Translations under genes and position numbers: made by a program | The notes under the pieces: model-generated | What the model saw: the letters and a program-made list of their open reading frames with translations, nothing else | What the model was told of the DNA's origin: nothing | Databases searched by the model: none | Shown: in pieces, positions 20,398 to 29,958 of the stretch | Layout of the letters: each line of letters opens with the position of its first letter | How positions within the stretch are numbered: the stretch's first letter is position 1 | Assembly (NCBI GenBank): GCA_003251015.1 | Contig: QKIO01000258.1 | Coordinates: 1-49,315 of the forward strand | Direction: 5' to 3' | Length of the DNA stretch: 49,315 nt | Origin: Bacteroidales bacterium | GTDB lineage: Bacteria; Bacteroidota; Bacteroidia; Bacteroidales; Marinilabiliaceae

Positions 20398-21555
20398 TTA
20401 CTTAATGATTTCTAGCTCAATTAGCTGGCATTCAACATTGGTACGGCCAATACCTCGTACTTTAAACAGCGCATTGAAATAACTATTATTGGGTATGGCT
20501 TCATAAAATTCTTTTAGTCGGTCTTCATTTGTGAAGTTTCTCACCGTAGCCATTACACCTACATCGTGATTTGAGCTGAAAAAAAGAGCTTTTCGGCCTG
20601 TGTCCGACAATTTGGTATACGACACCATAACGTGTTCAATATTAATATCATTCTCTGTAATATCGGTATATTCTTTTCCGGTAGTTTTATTGATGAAGTT
20701 ATATGAGTTTGTAGCAAATTTTTGTGAATTGTATAAAAACACTGATTTTAATTCTCCCATAGTTTTATGAGGACCTATGAATATTAAATTTTCATTATTT
20801 ATATTGGAAGGCTCAAAGTCTGATTCTAATTGAACGCGTAATTCCTCATTAAATAAAGAAAACCAATAGGTTAATTTTGAAGCGGCTAAAGGGCCCATTT
20901 TTGTTACAAAGGAGTAATTGTCGCTTTTAAAGTGTGAATCTTTTAATAGGTTTTTGTGCAATAAAGATTCAAATTGACTTTTGGAATTAATGCCTTCAAA
21001 ATGAACAGACGCATACAAAGTATCATCTACTTTCCCCCAAACTGTGTAATGGTCTCCAATATAACATACCGTAGGAGTCGAGTTGTCGATGAAGTTTTTC
21101 CAAAGGTAAGGTGCATTATTGTTGCTATTTATTAAAAATACAACCCAAACCGTAACGAGGCCGATTGCTATCGGGAAAATAGATTTTTTAAGGTGGATTT
21201 TGTTTTTTGTAACTTTCTTTTTTGTAATTGAAAGGTTGTATTGCCCCTTTTCTATGCTGAAGATAAATGCATCATTTATTCCCTCAGTACGATAATACTC
21301 TTCAAGCTTTTTGCGCAAGTTATGCATGTATACACGTACTTTACTGTTGTAAGAGTTATTTGCACCAAATATTTCAGGTAACGAAACTTCAAGAAAGCTT
21401 TCTTTTTTGGGAGTTTCTTCAAAATGTTTTTCAACTAAAAAATTAAAAAGTTTGGAGTATTGATCGGAGTTTTTAAAAACTGAGCTGGAAACAAGTCGTT
21501 TTTGGTGCTGAATTATATGTTTAATTGACTTGTTTTGGTATTTGTTGTTGTTCAT
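20398..21555 (-). CDS. membrane-anchored one-component regulator with N-terminal OmpR/PhoB-type winged helix (ToxR/CadC-like topology)
   Basis: 385 aa. VRVYMHNLRKKLEEYY...FIFSIEKGQYNLSI matches the recognition helix and wing of trans_reg_C domains. There is one TM helix (IFPIAIGLVTVWVVFLI) and a C-terminal extracytoplasmic domain of about 240 aa from no family I recognise. Confidence 0.55.
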   Translation of the reverse strand: MNNNKYQNKSIKHIIQHQKRLVSSSVFKNSDQYSKLFNFLVEKHFEETPKKESFLEVSLPEIFGANNSYNSKVRVYMHNLRKKLEEYYRTEGINDAFIFSIEKGQYNLSITKKKVTKNKIHLKKSIFPIAIGLVTVWVVFLINSNNNAPYLWKNFIDNSTPTVCYIGDHYTVWGKVDDTLYASVHFEGINSKSQFESLLHKNLLKDSHFKSDNYSFVTKMGPLAASKLTYWFSLFNEELRVQLESDFEPSNINNENLIFIGPHKTMGELKSVFLYNSQKFATNSYNFINKTTGKEYTDITENDINIEHVMVSYTKLSDTGRKALFFSSNHDVGVMATVRNFTNEDRLKEFYEAIPNNSYFNALFKVRGIGRTNVECQLIELEIIK

Positions 21556-21897
21556 TGATTAATAGGGTGTTGTTTTGTGTTGTTTACCGTTAATAACGCG
21601 TAATGCTTCTTTTTTATGATAGAAGCTTGGTAGATTTGAAATGTCAAAGATATATAAACGCTCCCAGATTTTGAGGTCTGAAAGTAATTCCGAAACATAC
21701 ATATTAGGAGGTAAAATACGATCTCAATTACGATATGATTGCTTGGTATTAAACAGATGGACTAAAATAAACAGCGTTAAGCTCAAAGTAAAATTAACAC
21801 TTATGTCAATAGTCTATGTGTATAAAAATTTTGCCATCTTTTATGGATGCTATATAGAATTTTAACAGCACGAATTAATTGTAATAATTATTTACTT

Positions 21898-24234
21898 ATG
21901 GAAATACATAAATATTCATTTTACCTTATTTTATTTATAATAAGCCTATCAAGTTGTAGAGATAGAAATGTTACCGGTTCGGATGCCTTTTGGGCATCTC
22001 TGAAACAATTTTCCATCACGGATTTTGAAGAGTCCGAGATTCCTAAAATCGTTGGTATTAATAATGCTAAAGTTGAGCTTTGTGATTCAAAAGGAGTCAC
22101 GAATGGAAGGCAATCGTTAAAAATTCAATTACAAAAAGATGCCCCTTCAACCGGTATCGAAATAGTTCCTCCAAAACCTTTTGATATATCTTCGTTTAAA
22201 GATGTATCGATGGTTTTTGAGGCCACTAATACCGGAACTACATCTATACATTTGATTGCAAATGTGCATAATTCAAAAGGAGGAAGTGCTTTGCGATCGG
22301 TTTCAATACCGCCCGGTGAAACGAATAGCGTATTTTTTCAAATGGAAGGTGAATACATGCGAGAGGGAGATATGCGAGATTATCCGGATCCTTGGTCAAC
22401 CAATTCCTTACAAATGAAAATAAGAGGAGGCTGGAATAAAACCACCTTTGATGATGTTACGGCAATTTATTTATATGCGGTTAAAATTCTGAGCGATAAA
22501 GAATTGATTTTGGATAATTTTCGATTTGTTGAAACCCCGGCAGTAAGTGACGATTATTTAGTGGCATGGGTTGATAAGTATGGTCAGAATGCAAAAGTTG
22601 ATTTTGATGGAAAGATAACATCGGATGAACAATTAAAGCAAAAAGCCAGAGAGGAATTGGAAATGCTTGCTCGTGAGGGTTCAATGAAGGGACGAACTAA
22701 GTTTGGAGGTTGGGCCGCAGGACCAAAATTGGAGGCTACTGGATACTTTAGAACGGAGAAGGTAAATGGAGTTTGGAGTTTGGTGGATCCGGAAGGGTAT
22801 CTATTCTTTTCAAGTGGAGTTGCCAATTGTCGAATGGCCAATTCATCGACATTTACCGGGAGGGACTTTAAAAATAATGCATCCTTACTTCGAGATCCGG
22901 ATGATGTTACACCCGAAGACTCAAAAGGTATGATTCGACTCGGGCAAGAAATAACAAATAGTTCGTTTGTTGCCTTTCCTGAGCGCTATAAAATGTTTAT
23001 TGAATTGCCGGCATACGATGATGCTTTGGCAAATAATTATACGTATCGGCAAGAGCATTTTTTAAGCCCTTTTATACGTGGTGAAGCTTACAGTTTTTAC
23101 CAAGCCAATTTGGAACGTAAGTATGGTGAGAATACTCCCGGAGAACATCTTTCAAAATGGGCTGATGTTACCTTGGACCGATTTAAAAATTGGGGCTTTA
23201 CCTCTTTTGGTAATTGGGCCGATACAGTATTTTATCATAATGAGAAGCTACCATATTTTGCCAATGGTTGGATTATAGGCGATAAACTTAAGGAGGTGCA
23301 TTCGGGAGGTATATTTGGAGGTGTTTTACCTGATTTTTTTGATCCCGAGTTTGAAAAAAGAGCTGAAATTACCGTTAAAGCCATTGCCGAAGAAGTGAAA
23401 GATAATCCTTGGTGTATTGGCGTTTTTATTGATAATGAAAAAAATTGGGGTATAGCCGGAACTGTTGAAAATCAATATGGGATTGTTTTGAATACCCTTT
23501 TAGAAGATGTGAGACAGAGCCCTGCCAAAGCGCATTTTGCTCAAATGCTGAAAAATCGTTATACAACAATTCAAGCGCTCAATAAAGCATGGCAAACTGA
23601 TTTTAAAACCTGGGAAATATTTGATCAAGGAATTGATATCAGAGCAAGAGAAGAATATCATGAAGCATTGGTTCAAGATTTATCTGCTTGTTTAACGGCT
23701 TATGCAAAAAAATACTTTCAGGTTGTTCATGATGCGCTGGAAAAAGTATTGCCTAATCATTTGTATTTAGGGTGTCGTTTCGCGTCCTGGGGATTTGTTC
23801 CGGAAGTAAACATGGCAGCGGCAGAATACCTTGATGTGTTCAGTATGAATTATTACGAAGAAGGAGTTGGCGATAAATTCTGGCAGTTTCTAGAAGAGAT
23901 GGATACGCCGGCTATTATTGGAGAGTTTCATATGGGAACATCAAATGGAACCGGAATGGTAAATGGAGGTTTGGTTCATGCTGCATCAAGACAAGACAGA
24001 GCTCACATGTACAAAAACTATCTTAATTCCGTTATCGATCACCCTTATTTTGTGGGAGCTCACTGGTTCCAGTACACCGATTCTCCTTTAACGGGACGCG
24101 CTTTTGATGGTGAAAATTTTAATATCGGTTTTGTGAGTAATACGGATATTCCATACCCGGAGATGGTCGAAGCTGCAAAAGATGTGCATAGTAACTTGTA
24201 CGAACGTAGATATGGAAGTTGGTCCTCCAAGTAG
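21898..24234 (+). CDS. secreted lipoprotein glycoside hydrolase, clan GH-A TIM barrel (GH50/beta-agarase-like; family tentative)
   Basis: The start is placed at the internal ATG that gives a lipoprotein signal (FYLILFIISLSSC). There is an N-terminal beta-sandwich-like region. The candidate acid/base is in FIDNEKNWG and the candidate nucleophile in IIGEFHMG. The C-terminal WFQYTDSPLTGRAFDGENFNIGFV resembles proteins annotated as agarase/GH50. Confidence 0.6.
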   Translation: MEIHKYSFYLILFIISLSSCRDRNVTGSDAFWASLKQFSITDFEESEIPKIVGINNAKVELCDSKGVTNGRQSLKIQLQKDAPSTGIEIVPPKPFDISSFKDVSMVFEATNTGTTSIHLIANVHNSKGGSALRSVSIPPGETNSVFFQMEGEYMREGDMRDYPDPWSTNSLQMKIRGGWNKTTFDDVTAIYLYAVKILSDKELILDNFRFVETPAVSDDYLVAWVDKYGQNAKVDFDGKITSDEQLKQKAREELEMLAREGSMKGRTKFGGWAAGPKLEATGYFRTEKVNGVWSLVDPEGYLFFSSGVANCRMANSSTFTGRDFKNNASLLRDPDDVTPEDSKGMIRLGQEITNSSFVAFPERYKMFIELPAYDDALANNYTYRQEHFLSPFIRGEAYSFYQANLERKYGENTPGEHLSKWADVTLDRFKNWGFTSFGNWADTVFYHNEKLPYFANGWIIGDKLKEVHSGGIFGGVLPDFFDPEFEKRAEITVKAIAEEVKDNPWCIGVFIDNEKNWGIAGTVENQYGIVLNTLLEDVRQSPAKAHFAQMLKNRYTTIQALNKAWQTDFKTWEIFDQGIDIRAREEYHEALVQDLSACLTAYAKKYFQVVHDALEKVLPNHLYLGCRFASWGFVPEVNMAAAEYLDVFSMNYYEEGVGDKFWQFLEEMDTPAIIGEFHMGTSNGTGMVNGGLVHAASRQDRAHMYKNYLNSVIDHPYFVGAHWFQYTDSPLTGRAFDGENFNIGFVSNTDIPYPEMVEAAKDVHSNLYERRYGSWSSK

Positions 24235-24325
24235 ATTGACATAATATTTACTTGGATTGAATAAGGTATTAAAGAAGGTGGATTGGGTGTGATGCTAAAG
24301 ACCCAAGTAATTCATGTAAAAAAAA

Positions 24326-24352
24326 GCGGGAATGTGCTGATTCTCGCCTTTT
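24326..24352. terminator. bidirectional intrinsic terminator
   Basis: GCGGGAAT-GTGCTG-ATTCTCGC is an 8-bp stem with one G-T pair. It is preceded by A8 and followed by CTTTTAT. It lies between the convergent GH and pspC-like genes. Confidence 0.6.
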
Positions 24353-24535
24353 ATGTTTAATCCTAAGTGTGTATTAGTATTTCATTATCCGTTGAAACTG
24401 CTTCAAAATAATACCGCTTCGAAATGGTAGAAGGGTTGAATCCGCTATGTATTTACCGCTGTCATTAGTCGAGCGGCATTATACCAAGTGTTGATGCAGT
24501 TGTTAAAATGGTCTAATATCTAACGATTTGTTTAA

Positions 24536-25966
24536 TTAATAATTGACGACTAAATGTTGTAACTCAGGATCAATTTTAAGATTCATGCTGGGAGGAAGAT
24601 CAATGTTAATATCTACTTTCTGGTTTCTCATGAGTGCAACTTCATCTAAAATAAATGCTTGATCTAAAGTTAAAATAGAGTCCTGCATGGTTAAATTGTA
24701 ACGGATGTCTTCTATGTGGCTTCTGGCATCGCTTTCTGTTTTGCCATTGGCACTGGTTGTGATTGAGATGTTTAGATTCGGGCCGTGGTTGACGTAAATG
24801 TGAGGTTCGCCTTCAATATGAATGTTGTTGTTCCGTTGAAAAATGTGGAGCTGATTAATCTCCATAACGTAATTGCTTGAGTAGCGAGAGGTGCTGTTAT
24901 CGCTTCCCTCAATGCGAAGGGTGTTGAATTTTTTCTGTGGGATATAGATTTCTTCACTTACAATGGCTTTTTCTTTAAAGTCAAGAGCTGTGTTGAATAG
25001 CGCATAAAATGCTAGTCCAATGCCTCCAATCCATATTAAAAAAGTAGTTACGCCTAAATAGCGATTGCGGCTTTTGAGGTTAAACATGAGTTTGATGCCA
25101 TAGTAAAATATCACGAGCAAAGGAATTCCTACTATGGTATAGGCTGCAATATGTAGGAGTGTTAAGGAGTAGTCTGTAGCAATTCTTTCCGGGATTGAGT
25201 TGATGTAACCAATATCTGCAAGGTTAAAGAAATTGATGATGGTTTCTTTACAGCTAATCATACCTACAACACTTATGATTGCGATGGAACTCCAGATGAT
25301 TAGGAAGAGTCCAATAATGAATCCAATTATGGAACTGCCTCTATTGGAAGAATAACTGCTTTTGTAATTCTTAAATTTTCCGGCGGCCTTTTCATATTCC
25401 TTCTTAAAGTCATCTTCGAATTTTTGAAAAGTATAGCCGCCTTGCATTTCCATTCGTTGACTAAGGCTAATTGCTTTAGGCATAGCTATCCAAAGGATGA
25501 TGTATACAAAAGGTGCCACACCAACCGTTAATGTTATAACAATGGCTAGTACCCGAAAAATTAATGGATCGATATTGAAGTATGCACCCAGACCTCCACA
25601 AACACCTCCGAGGACTCGGTTTTCAGGATCGCGATACAATCGTCTTTTACCGGTATAAACTTTTTGCGAATTAACCGGCTCATCTTCCTTTTCTTCCAAA
25701 TCTTCATCGATGATTTCCGATGGTTCGCCTATGGTTTCAATTATTTCATTTACAGCAGAAAGACTAATGATTTGATTTTGGAGACCATAATTGTCTTTAA
25801 ACAATTCGGCAATACGGCGTTCAATGTCTTGCACGATTTCCTTGGCTTCAGAATTATTTCCTAGCCTCTTTAGAAGCGTGTCAAGATAAGTCTTGAGCTT
25901 ATTGTAAGCCTCTTCATCCATTTGAAAGGCGAAGCCACTTAGGTTTATGTTAATAGTCTTGTTCAT
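24536..25966 (-). CDS. PspC-domain membrane protein with a large C-terminal extracytoplasmic domain
   Basis: 476 aa. The PspC domain is RLYRDPENRVLGGVCGGLGAYFNIDPLIFRVLAIV. It has several TM helices. Its N-terminal approx 90 aa are paralogous to the upstream PspC protein. Confidence 0.8.
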   Translation of the reverse strand: MNKTININLSGFAFQMDEEAYNKLKTYLDTLLKRLGNNSEAKEIVQDIERRIAELFKDNYGLQNQIISLSAVNEIIETIGEPSEIIDEDLEEKEDEPVNSQKVYTGKRRLYRDPENRVLGGVCGGLGAYFNIDPLIFRVLAIVITLTVGVAPFVYIILWIAMPKAISLSQRMEMQGGYTFQKFEDDFKKEYEKAAGKFKNYKSSYSSNRGSSIIGFIIGLFLIIWSSIAIISVVGMISCKETIINFFNLADIGYINSIPERIATDYSLTLLHIAAYTIVGIPLLVIFYYGIKLMFNLKSRNRYLGVTTFLIWIGGIGLAFYALFNTALDFKEKAIVSEEIYIPQKKFNTLRIEGSDNSTSRYSSNYVMEINQLHIFQRNNNIHIEGEPHIYVNHGPNLNISITTSANGKTESDARSHIEDIRYNLTMQDSILTLDQAFILDEVALMRNQKVDINIDLPPSMNLKIDPELQHLVVNY

Positions 25967-26652
25967 TGTTTTGGATTTTGGTTATTGCGATTGCTCATGT
26001 TCTTAAACCAGCTTTCACCTTTTTTATAGGTAGGTGAATCTTTAAAGTTTTGGAAGCCTTTTTTCATTTCTTCGTATTCCTCTTTGATGGCACGCTCAAT
26101 GTTTTCGATGGTCACATTTTCGCCATGCATTTCCATCTTTTGGCCTCTGCTTATAGCCGGAGGAATAATCAACCAAAGTATGATGTACACAAAAGCAGCG
26201 CCTCCTGATGTCGCAAATAATAGAACCACGGCTAAAACACGAATCCAAACTACATCTATGTTGAAATAGGCAGCTAAACCTGAGCAGATGCCTCCCAAAA
26301 CTTTGTTGTCGATATCTCTGTAAAGGCGTTTTTTAGGTATAATGATTTCAGCTTCATATACTTCTTCCTTTGTGGATTTATCTTCAGTTTCGAAGCCAAA
26401 GTCTTCCGGTTTTCCCATCGTAGCCATGATGTCATTAACAATTTCAAGGGTTATAACTTCGCTTTGGCGGTCTGTTTTGGTTTCAAATAATTCTGCAATG
26501 CGGTTTTCGATATCTGATAAAATCTCTTTTCCGCCTTCTTGATTTTCAAATACAGATTCTAATTTTTCCAGATAAGCTTTTAGTAACTGATAGGCATCTT
26601 CATCCACGTGAAAGATGATGTTGCTGATATTTATGTCTACTGTTTTCTTCAT
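25963..26652 (-). CDS. PspC-domain membrane protein
   Basis: 229 aa with the PspC domain RLYRDIDNKVLGGICSGLAAYFNIDVVWIRVLAVV. It overlaps the next gene by 4 nt. Confidence 0.85.
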   Translation of the reverse strand: MKKTVDINISNIIFHVDEDAYQLLKAYLEKLESVFENQEGGKEILSDIENRIAELFETKTDRQSEVITLEIVNDIMATMGKPEDFGFETEDKSTKEEVYEAEIIIPKKRLYRDIDNKVLGGICSGLAAYFNIDVVWIRVLAVVLLFATSGGAAFVYIILWLIIPPAISRGQKMEMHGENVTIENIERAIKEEYEEMKKGFQNFKDSPTYKKGESWFKNMSNRNNQNPKQ

Positions 26653-26654
26653 GA

Positions 26655-26984
26655 CTAATTCCTTTGATTAATTTGACCTACTGCTGATGTTAATTCACTC
26701 CAGGAAGTGTCTAATTCTTGTAAAAAGCTTTTTCCTTTATCGGTGAGTTCATAGTATTTGCGAGGAGGGCCTTGTGTAGATTCTTCCCAACGGTAACTCA
26801 ATAATTCGGCATTCTTTAAACGTGTTAGCAGAGGGTATAAAGTACCTTCAACTACGATCATCCTGGCTTCTTTAAGATGGTTAATAATGTCGGAAGCGTA
26901 AGCATCGTTTTTAGAAAGAATTAAGAGAATACAATATTCCAGTACTCCTTTCCTCATCTGTGCTTTTGTGTTTTCTACATTCAT
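26655..26984 (-). CDS. PadR-family transcriptional regulator
   Basis: 109 aa with a winged helix carrying VLEYCILLIL and EGTLYPLLTRLKNAELL. It is the first gene of the padR-pspC-pspC operon. Confidence 0.9.
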   Translation of the reverse strand: MNVENTKAQMRKGVLEYCILLILSKNDAYASDIINHLKEARMIVVEGTLYPLLTRLKNAELLSYRWEESTQGPPRKYYELTDKGKSFLQELDTSWSELTSAVGQINQRN

Positions 26985-27071
26985 GAGATTCTATTTCATA
27001 TAGTATTCTGCATTACAAATATACGTATAAAAGATAGTACTTGGCAATACATAGTAGTATTTTTAATTATT

Positions 27072-27200
27072 AATGAATAATGAATAATGAATAATGAATA
27101 ATGAATAATGAATAATGAATAATGAATAATGAATAATGAATAATGAATAATGAATAATGAATAATGAATAATGAATAATGAATAATGAATAATGAATAAT
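27072..27200. repeat. tandem heptanucleotide repeat (AATGAAT) x18 perfect copies plus a partial copy
   Basis: Counted directly. Units start at 27072 + 7k for k = 0..17 and all are identical. The region is non-coding and intergenic between padR (minus) and the yqaA-like gene (plus). Confidence 0.97.
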
Positions 27201-27217
27201 TTTGCCTAAACATCTAA

Positions 27218-27245
27218 GCCTTCTGCCTTCTGCCTTCTGCCTTTT
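27218..27245. repeat. tandem heptanucleotide repeat (GCCTTCT) x3 plus a degenerate fourth (GCCTTTT)
   Basis: Read directly. It lies 18 bp downstream of the AATGAAT array. Confidence 0.85.
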
Positions 27246-27276
27246 GTCTAAACCTTGTCCTCAATTCTGAAAACCT

Positions 27277-27284
27277 TATCTTTG
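27277..27284 (+). promoter_or_regulatory. candidate Bacteroidota -7 box (TAnnTTTG)
   Basis: TATCTTTG ends 5 nt before the yqaA-like ATG, which would imply a near-leaderless transcript. This is a motif match only. Confidence 0.25.
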
Positions 27285-27289
27285 CATTT

Positions 27290-27733
27290 ATGGAATTTGA
27301 ATATGGATACATCGGCTTATTTACGGCCTCATTTTTAGCAGCAACAGTGATACCCTTTAGTTCTGAAGCTATTTTAATGGGCATGATTGCAGCAAAATTT
27401 GATGTGACATGGAGTATAATTGTTGCAACTGCAGGAAATTGGTTAGGGGGGTTAAGTTCTTATGGGATTGGATATTTGGGGAAATACGAATGGATTGAAA
27501 AGTATCTTCGAATTAAGCGGGAGAAGCTTGAGAAAACGCATCGAAAAATGGCCGGTAAAGAATTGTGGATATCTTTGTTTACTTGGTTACCGGGAGTTGG
27601 AGACGTAATTGCGGTTTTGTTAGGAGTGATCAAGGTGAATTTTCTGAATGTAAGTATTGGTATGCTTATTGGGAAAGCAGCCAGGTATATCGTATGGGCT
27701 GTATTGACGCTTAAGATATTAGAACAAATCTAG
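27290..27733 (+). CDS. YqaA/DedA-like (VTT domain) small membrane protein
   Basis: 147 aa with about 4 TM helices. The N-terminus GYIGLFTASFLAATVIPFSSEA is typical of the YqaA family. Confidence 0.7.
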   Translation: MEFEYGYIGLFTASFLAATVIPFSSEAILMGMIAAKFDVTWSIIVATAGNWLGGLSSYGIGYLGKYEWIEKYLRIKREKLEKTHRKMAGKELWISLFTWLPGVGDVIAVLLGVIKVNFLNVSIGMLIGKAARYIVWAVLTLKILEQI

Positions 27734-27837
27734 TTTTTAGTGCTTAATAACTGTTCGGTATAAGTTCATCAAAAATGAGATGCGCTTTGCTTGTAAATGC
27801 CTTAACTTGATTGAAGTTAAATTAAAGGAGGATAGCC

Positions 27838-29514
27838 ATGAAAAATACTTCAATCAAGGTTCGGTTAGTTCTTTTAGTGAGCTTATTCATCGGTTTTTTT
27901 ATAGTAAGCTTTATTGCTTCCATTTATTACCTGAACAAAATGATTGATAATGCGGATTCCATTTATCAGATCCGATTAAAGGGCATTCAATTTCTAGTGG
28001 AAGCAGACCGGGATGCTTATCAATCCAATTTAGCCTTAAATCATTTATACATCAAGGAGGAAATAAGCAAAGATCAGGAAGAGGCTTTGATAGCTGATGT
28101 AAGAGATAATTATGCCCAGGTTGGCCAGCGCTATGAGAAATTTTTAATCGCCTTTAAAAATTCAGATAGCGAACAGCGTACCGTTTTAGAAAATACATTT
28201 GATGATGGATATAAACACTTAGGAGATATCACCAATAACTTAATTTCACATCATCAAGAAGGTAATGATGAATTGTTTTTAAAACACTATTTGAATGACT
28301 ATTCGCCAGTTTATGAGGAGGTTCGTGGTGTATTGGATCAGTTCACGAATTATAGTTCCATTGATGCCGAAGAAGAATTTCAATTAATTCATGAAGAAGG
28401 AAGAGATAGCAAAATAATGTTTGTTATTATACTGATATTAATGATTGCGTTAGGTGGTGGATTTGGTTTCTTATTGATGCAGTCCATATTGACACCGTTA
28501 AATAAAAGTATACGTTTTGCAAAAGATATAGCGGAGGGAGATTTAAAAGCCAAGATTGATTATGAGGGGAAGAATGAGATAGGAGACTTAATTGAATCAT
28601 TAAGAGCCATGTCTCTAAGGTTAACAGAAGTGATTCGTGGGATCTTGCAAGGAGCTGAAAATGTAGCATCTGCTAGTCAGCAGGCGAGTGGATCATCGGT
28701 TATTTTGTCTCAGGGAGCTAATCAGCAGGCCAGTTCAATTGAGGAAGTTTCTTCTACTATGGAAGAGATTACTTCAAGCATCGAACAGAATACCGAAAAC
28801 GCAAAACAAACCGAGAAAACTTCAGCCGAAGCTAATGTTAGTATTCAGTTGGTTGCTGAAAAAGCAAAAGAAGCAGTGGAGGCCAATAAAGCTATTGCAG
28901 GAAAGATTAATATCATTGGTGATATTGCATCAAAGACTGATTTGTTGGCCATTAATGCGGCAGTAGAAGCCGCTCGTGCGGGTGATCATGGCAAGGGTTT
29001 TGCGGTTGTTGCCACTGAAGTTAGAAAGCTAGCCGAAAATAGTCAAAAGGCAGCCGAAGAGATTATTGCTTTGGCTCAATTGGCCTTGCGGGCAACCGAA
29101 GAAGCCGGTGCGGTGATGATGGATACCATTCCAAAAATAGGCGAAACATCTAGCTTGATACAAGAGGTAGCTGCCGCAAGTATGGAGCAAAATAACGGAG
29201 CTAGTCAAGTAAATGTAGCTATTCAGCAATTGAATGAAGTGACCCAGCAAAATGCTTCATCCAGTGAGGAGTTGGCTGCCAGCTCAGAAGAATTAGCAAG
29301 TCAGGCAGAGCAATTAAAGGAAATGGTTAGTTTCTTTAGAATTGGAGAAGAAAGGTTATTCATATCTGCTGCTCAAAGAAGTACCCAAAATGGGCGACGT
29401 GGAGTTAAACCCAAAAAAACACCTGAGCAAAACTACATGACTCCATTATCAGGAGACCGTTCTTCAGGCTTTAACATGAAAGATTTTAATAATTCTGATT
29501 TTGAGAGTTTTTAG
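27838..29514 (+). CDS. methyl-accepting chemotaxis protein (four-helix-bundle sensor, HAMP, MCP signalling domain)
   Basis: 558 aa with two TM helices flanking a periplasmic helical domain of about 170 aa, then a HAMP domain ([20 protein letters not shown]). The invariant hairpin tip is [35 protein letters not shown]. The C-terminus ends in DFESF. Confidence 0.92.
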   Translation: MKNTSIKVRLVLLVSLFIGFFIVSFIASIYYLNKMIDNADSIYQIRLKGIQFLVEADRDAYQSNLALNHLYIKEEISKDQEEALIADVRDNYAQVGQRYEKFLIAFKNSDSEQRTVLENTFDDGYKHLGDITNNLISHHQEGNDELFLKHYLNDYSPVYEEVRGVLDQFTNYSSIDAEEEFQLIHEEGRDSKIMFVIILILMIALGGGFGFLLMQSILTPLNKSIRFAKDIAEGDLKAKIDYEGKNEIGDLIESLRAMSLRLTEVIRGILQGAENVASASQQASGSSVILSQGANQQASSIEEVSSTMEEITSSIEQNTENAKQTEKTSAEANVSIQLVAEKAKEAVEANKAIAGKINIIGDIASKTDLLAINAAVEAARAGDHGKGFAVVATEVRKLAENSQKAAEEIIALAQLALRATEEAGAVMMDTIPKIGETSSLIQEVAAASMEQNNGASQVNVAIQQLNEVTQQNASSSEELAASSEELASQAEQLKEMVSFFRIGEERLFISAAQRSTQNGRRGVKPKKTPEQNYMTPLSGDRSSGFNMKDFNNSDFESF

Positions 29515-29958
29515 AAATTGAGATGATTTTTAGCGCCAAAGGTACCTCGGCGTGTGATTATGACTACGCACCTTGGCGCAAACAATATCATGCTATGATA
29601 TTCATAGCCCTTGAAGGATCAATTCGGAAATTTGTGGAGTTTAAAATAATAAGGCTACTATTTTTACAATTTTATAACTACTAAGATTTTGTATAGTTAT
29701 ATGGTTTAATAACCTTATTTTTAGTTTGCCGAAGGTACCTCAGTAGAATATAATTCACAACAAAACAACCTTATTACCTTTTAGTATTTATCGGGATTAA
29801 TATAAAGTATTCCCCAGAGATGTAGCTTGATCCCCCTTGGGGCTATGCTTAATGACACCGCATATTTGATGCTAACGTAAGCTTACTATTGATAAGTATA
29901 TAACAACTTACCTCTATGAATTTTTATTGGTTTTGAGTCCTGCTTTTTTGCAAATTTA

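Noticed and set aside
21641-21865. 74-aa ORF in the regulator/GH divergent spacer, and the 21847 upstream start for the GH.
   Set aside because: The sequence is AT-rich and has no motif. It overlaps the region expected to hold both promoters. Starting the GH at 21898 gives a clean lipoprotein signal, whereas the 17 extra residues from 21847 do not.
27072-27245. A tandem repeat block that might be a CRISPR array.
   Set aside because: The units are 7 bp and directly abut each other with no spacers. There are no cas genes in the window. It is a microsatellite-type array.
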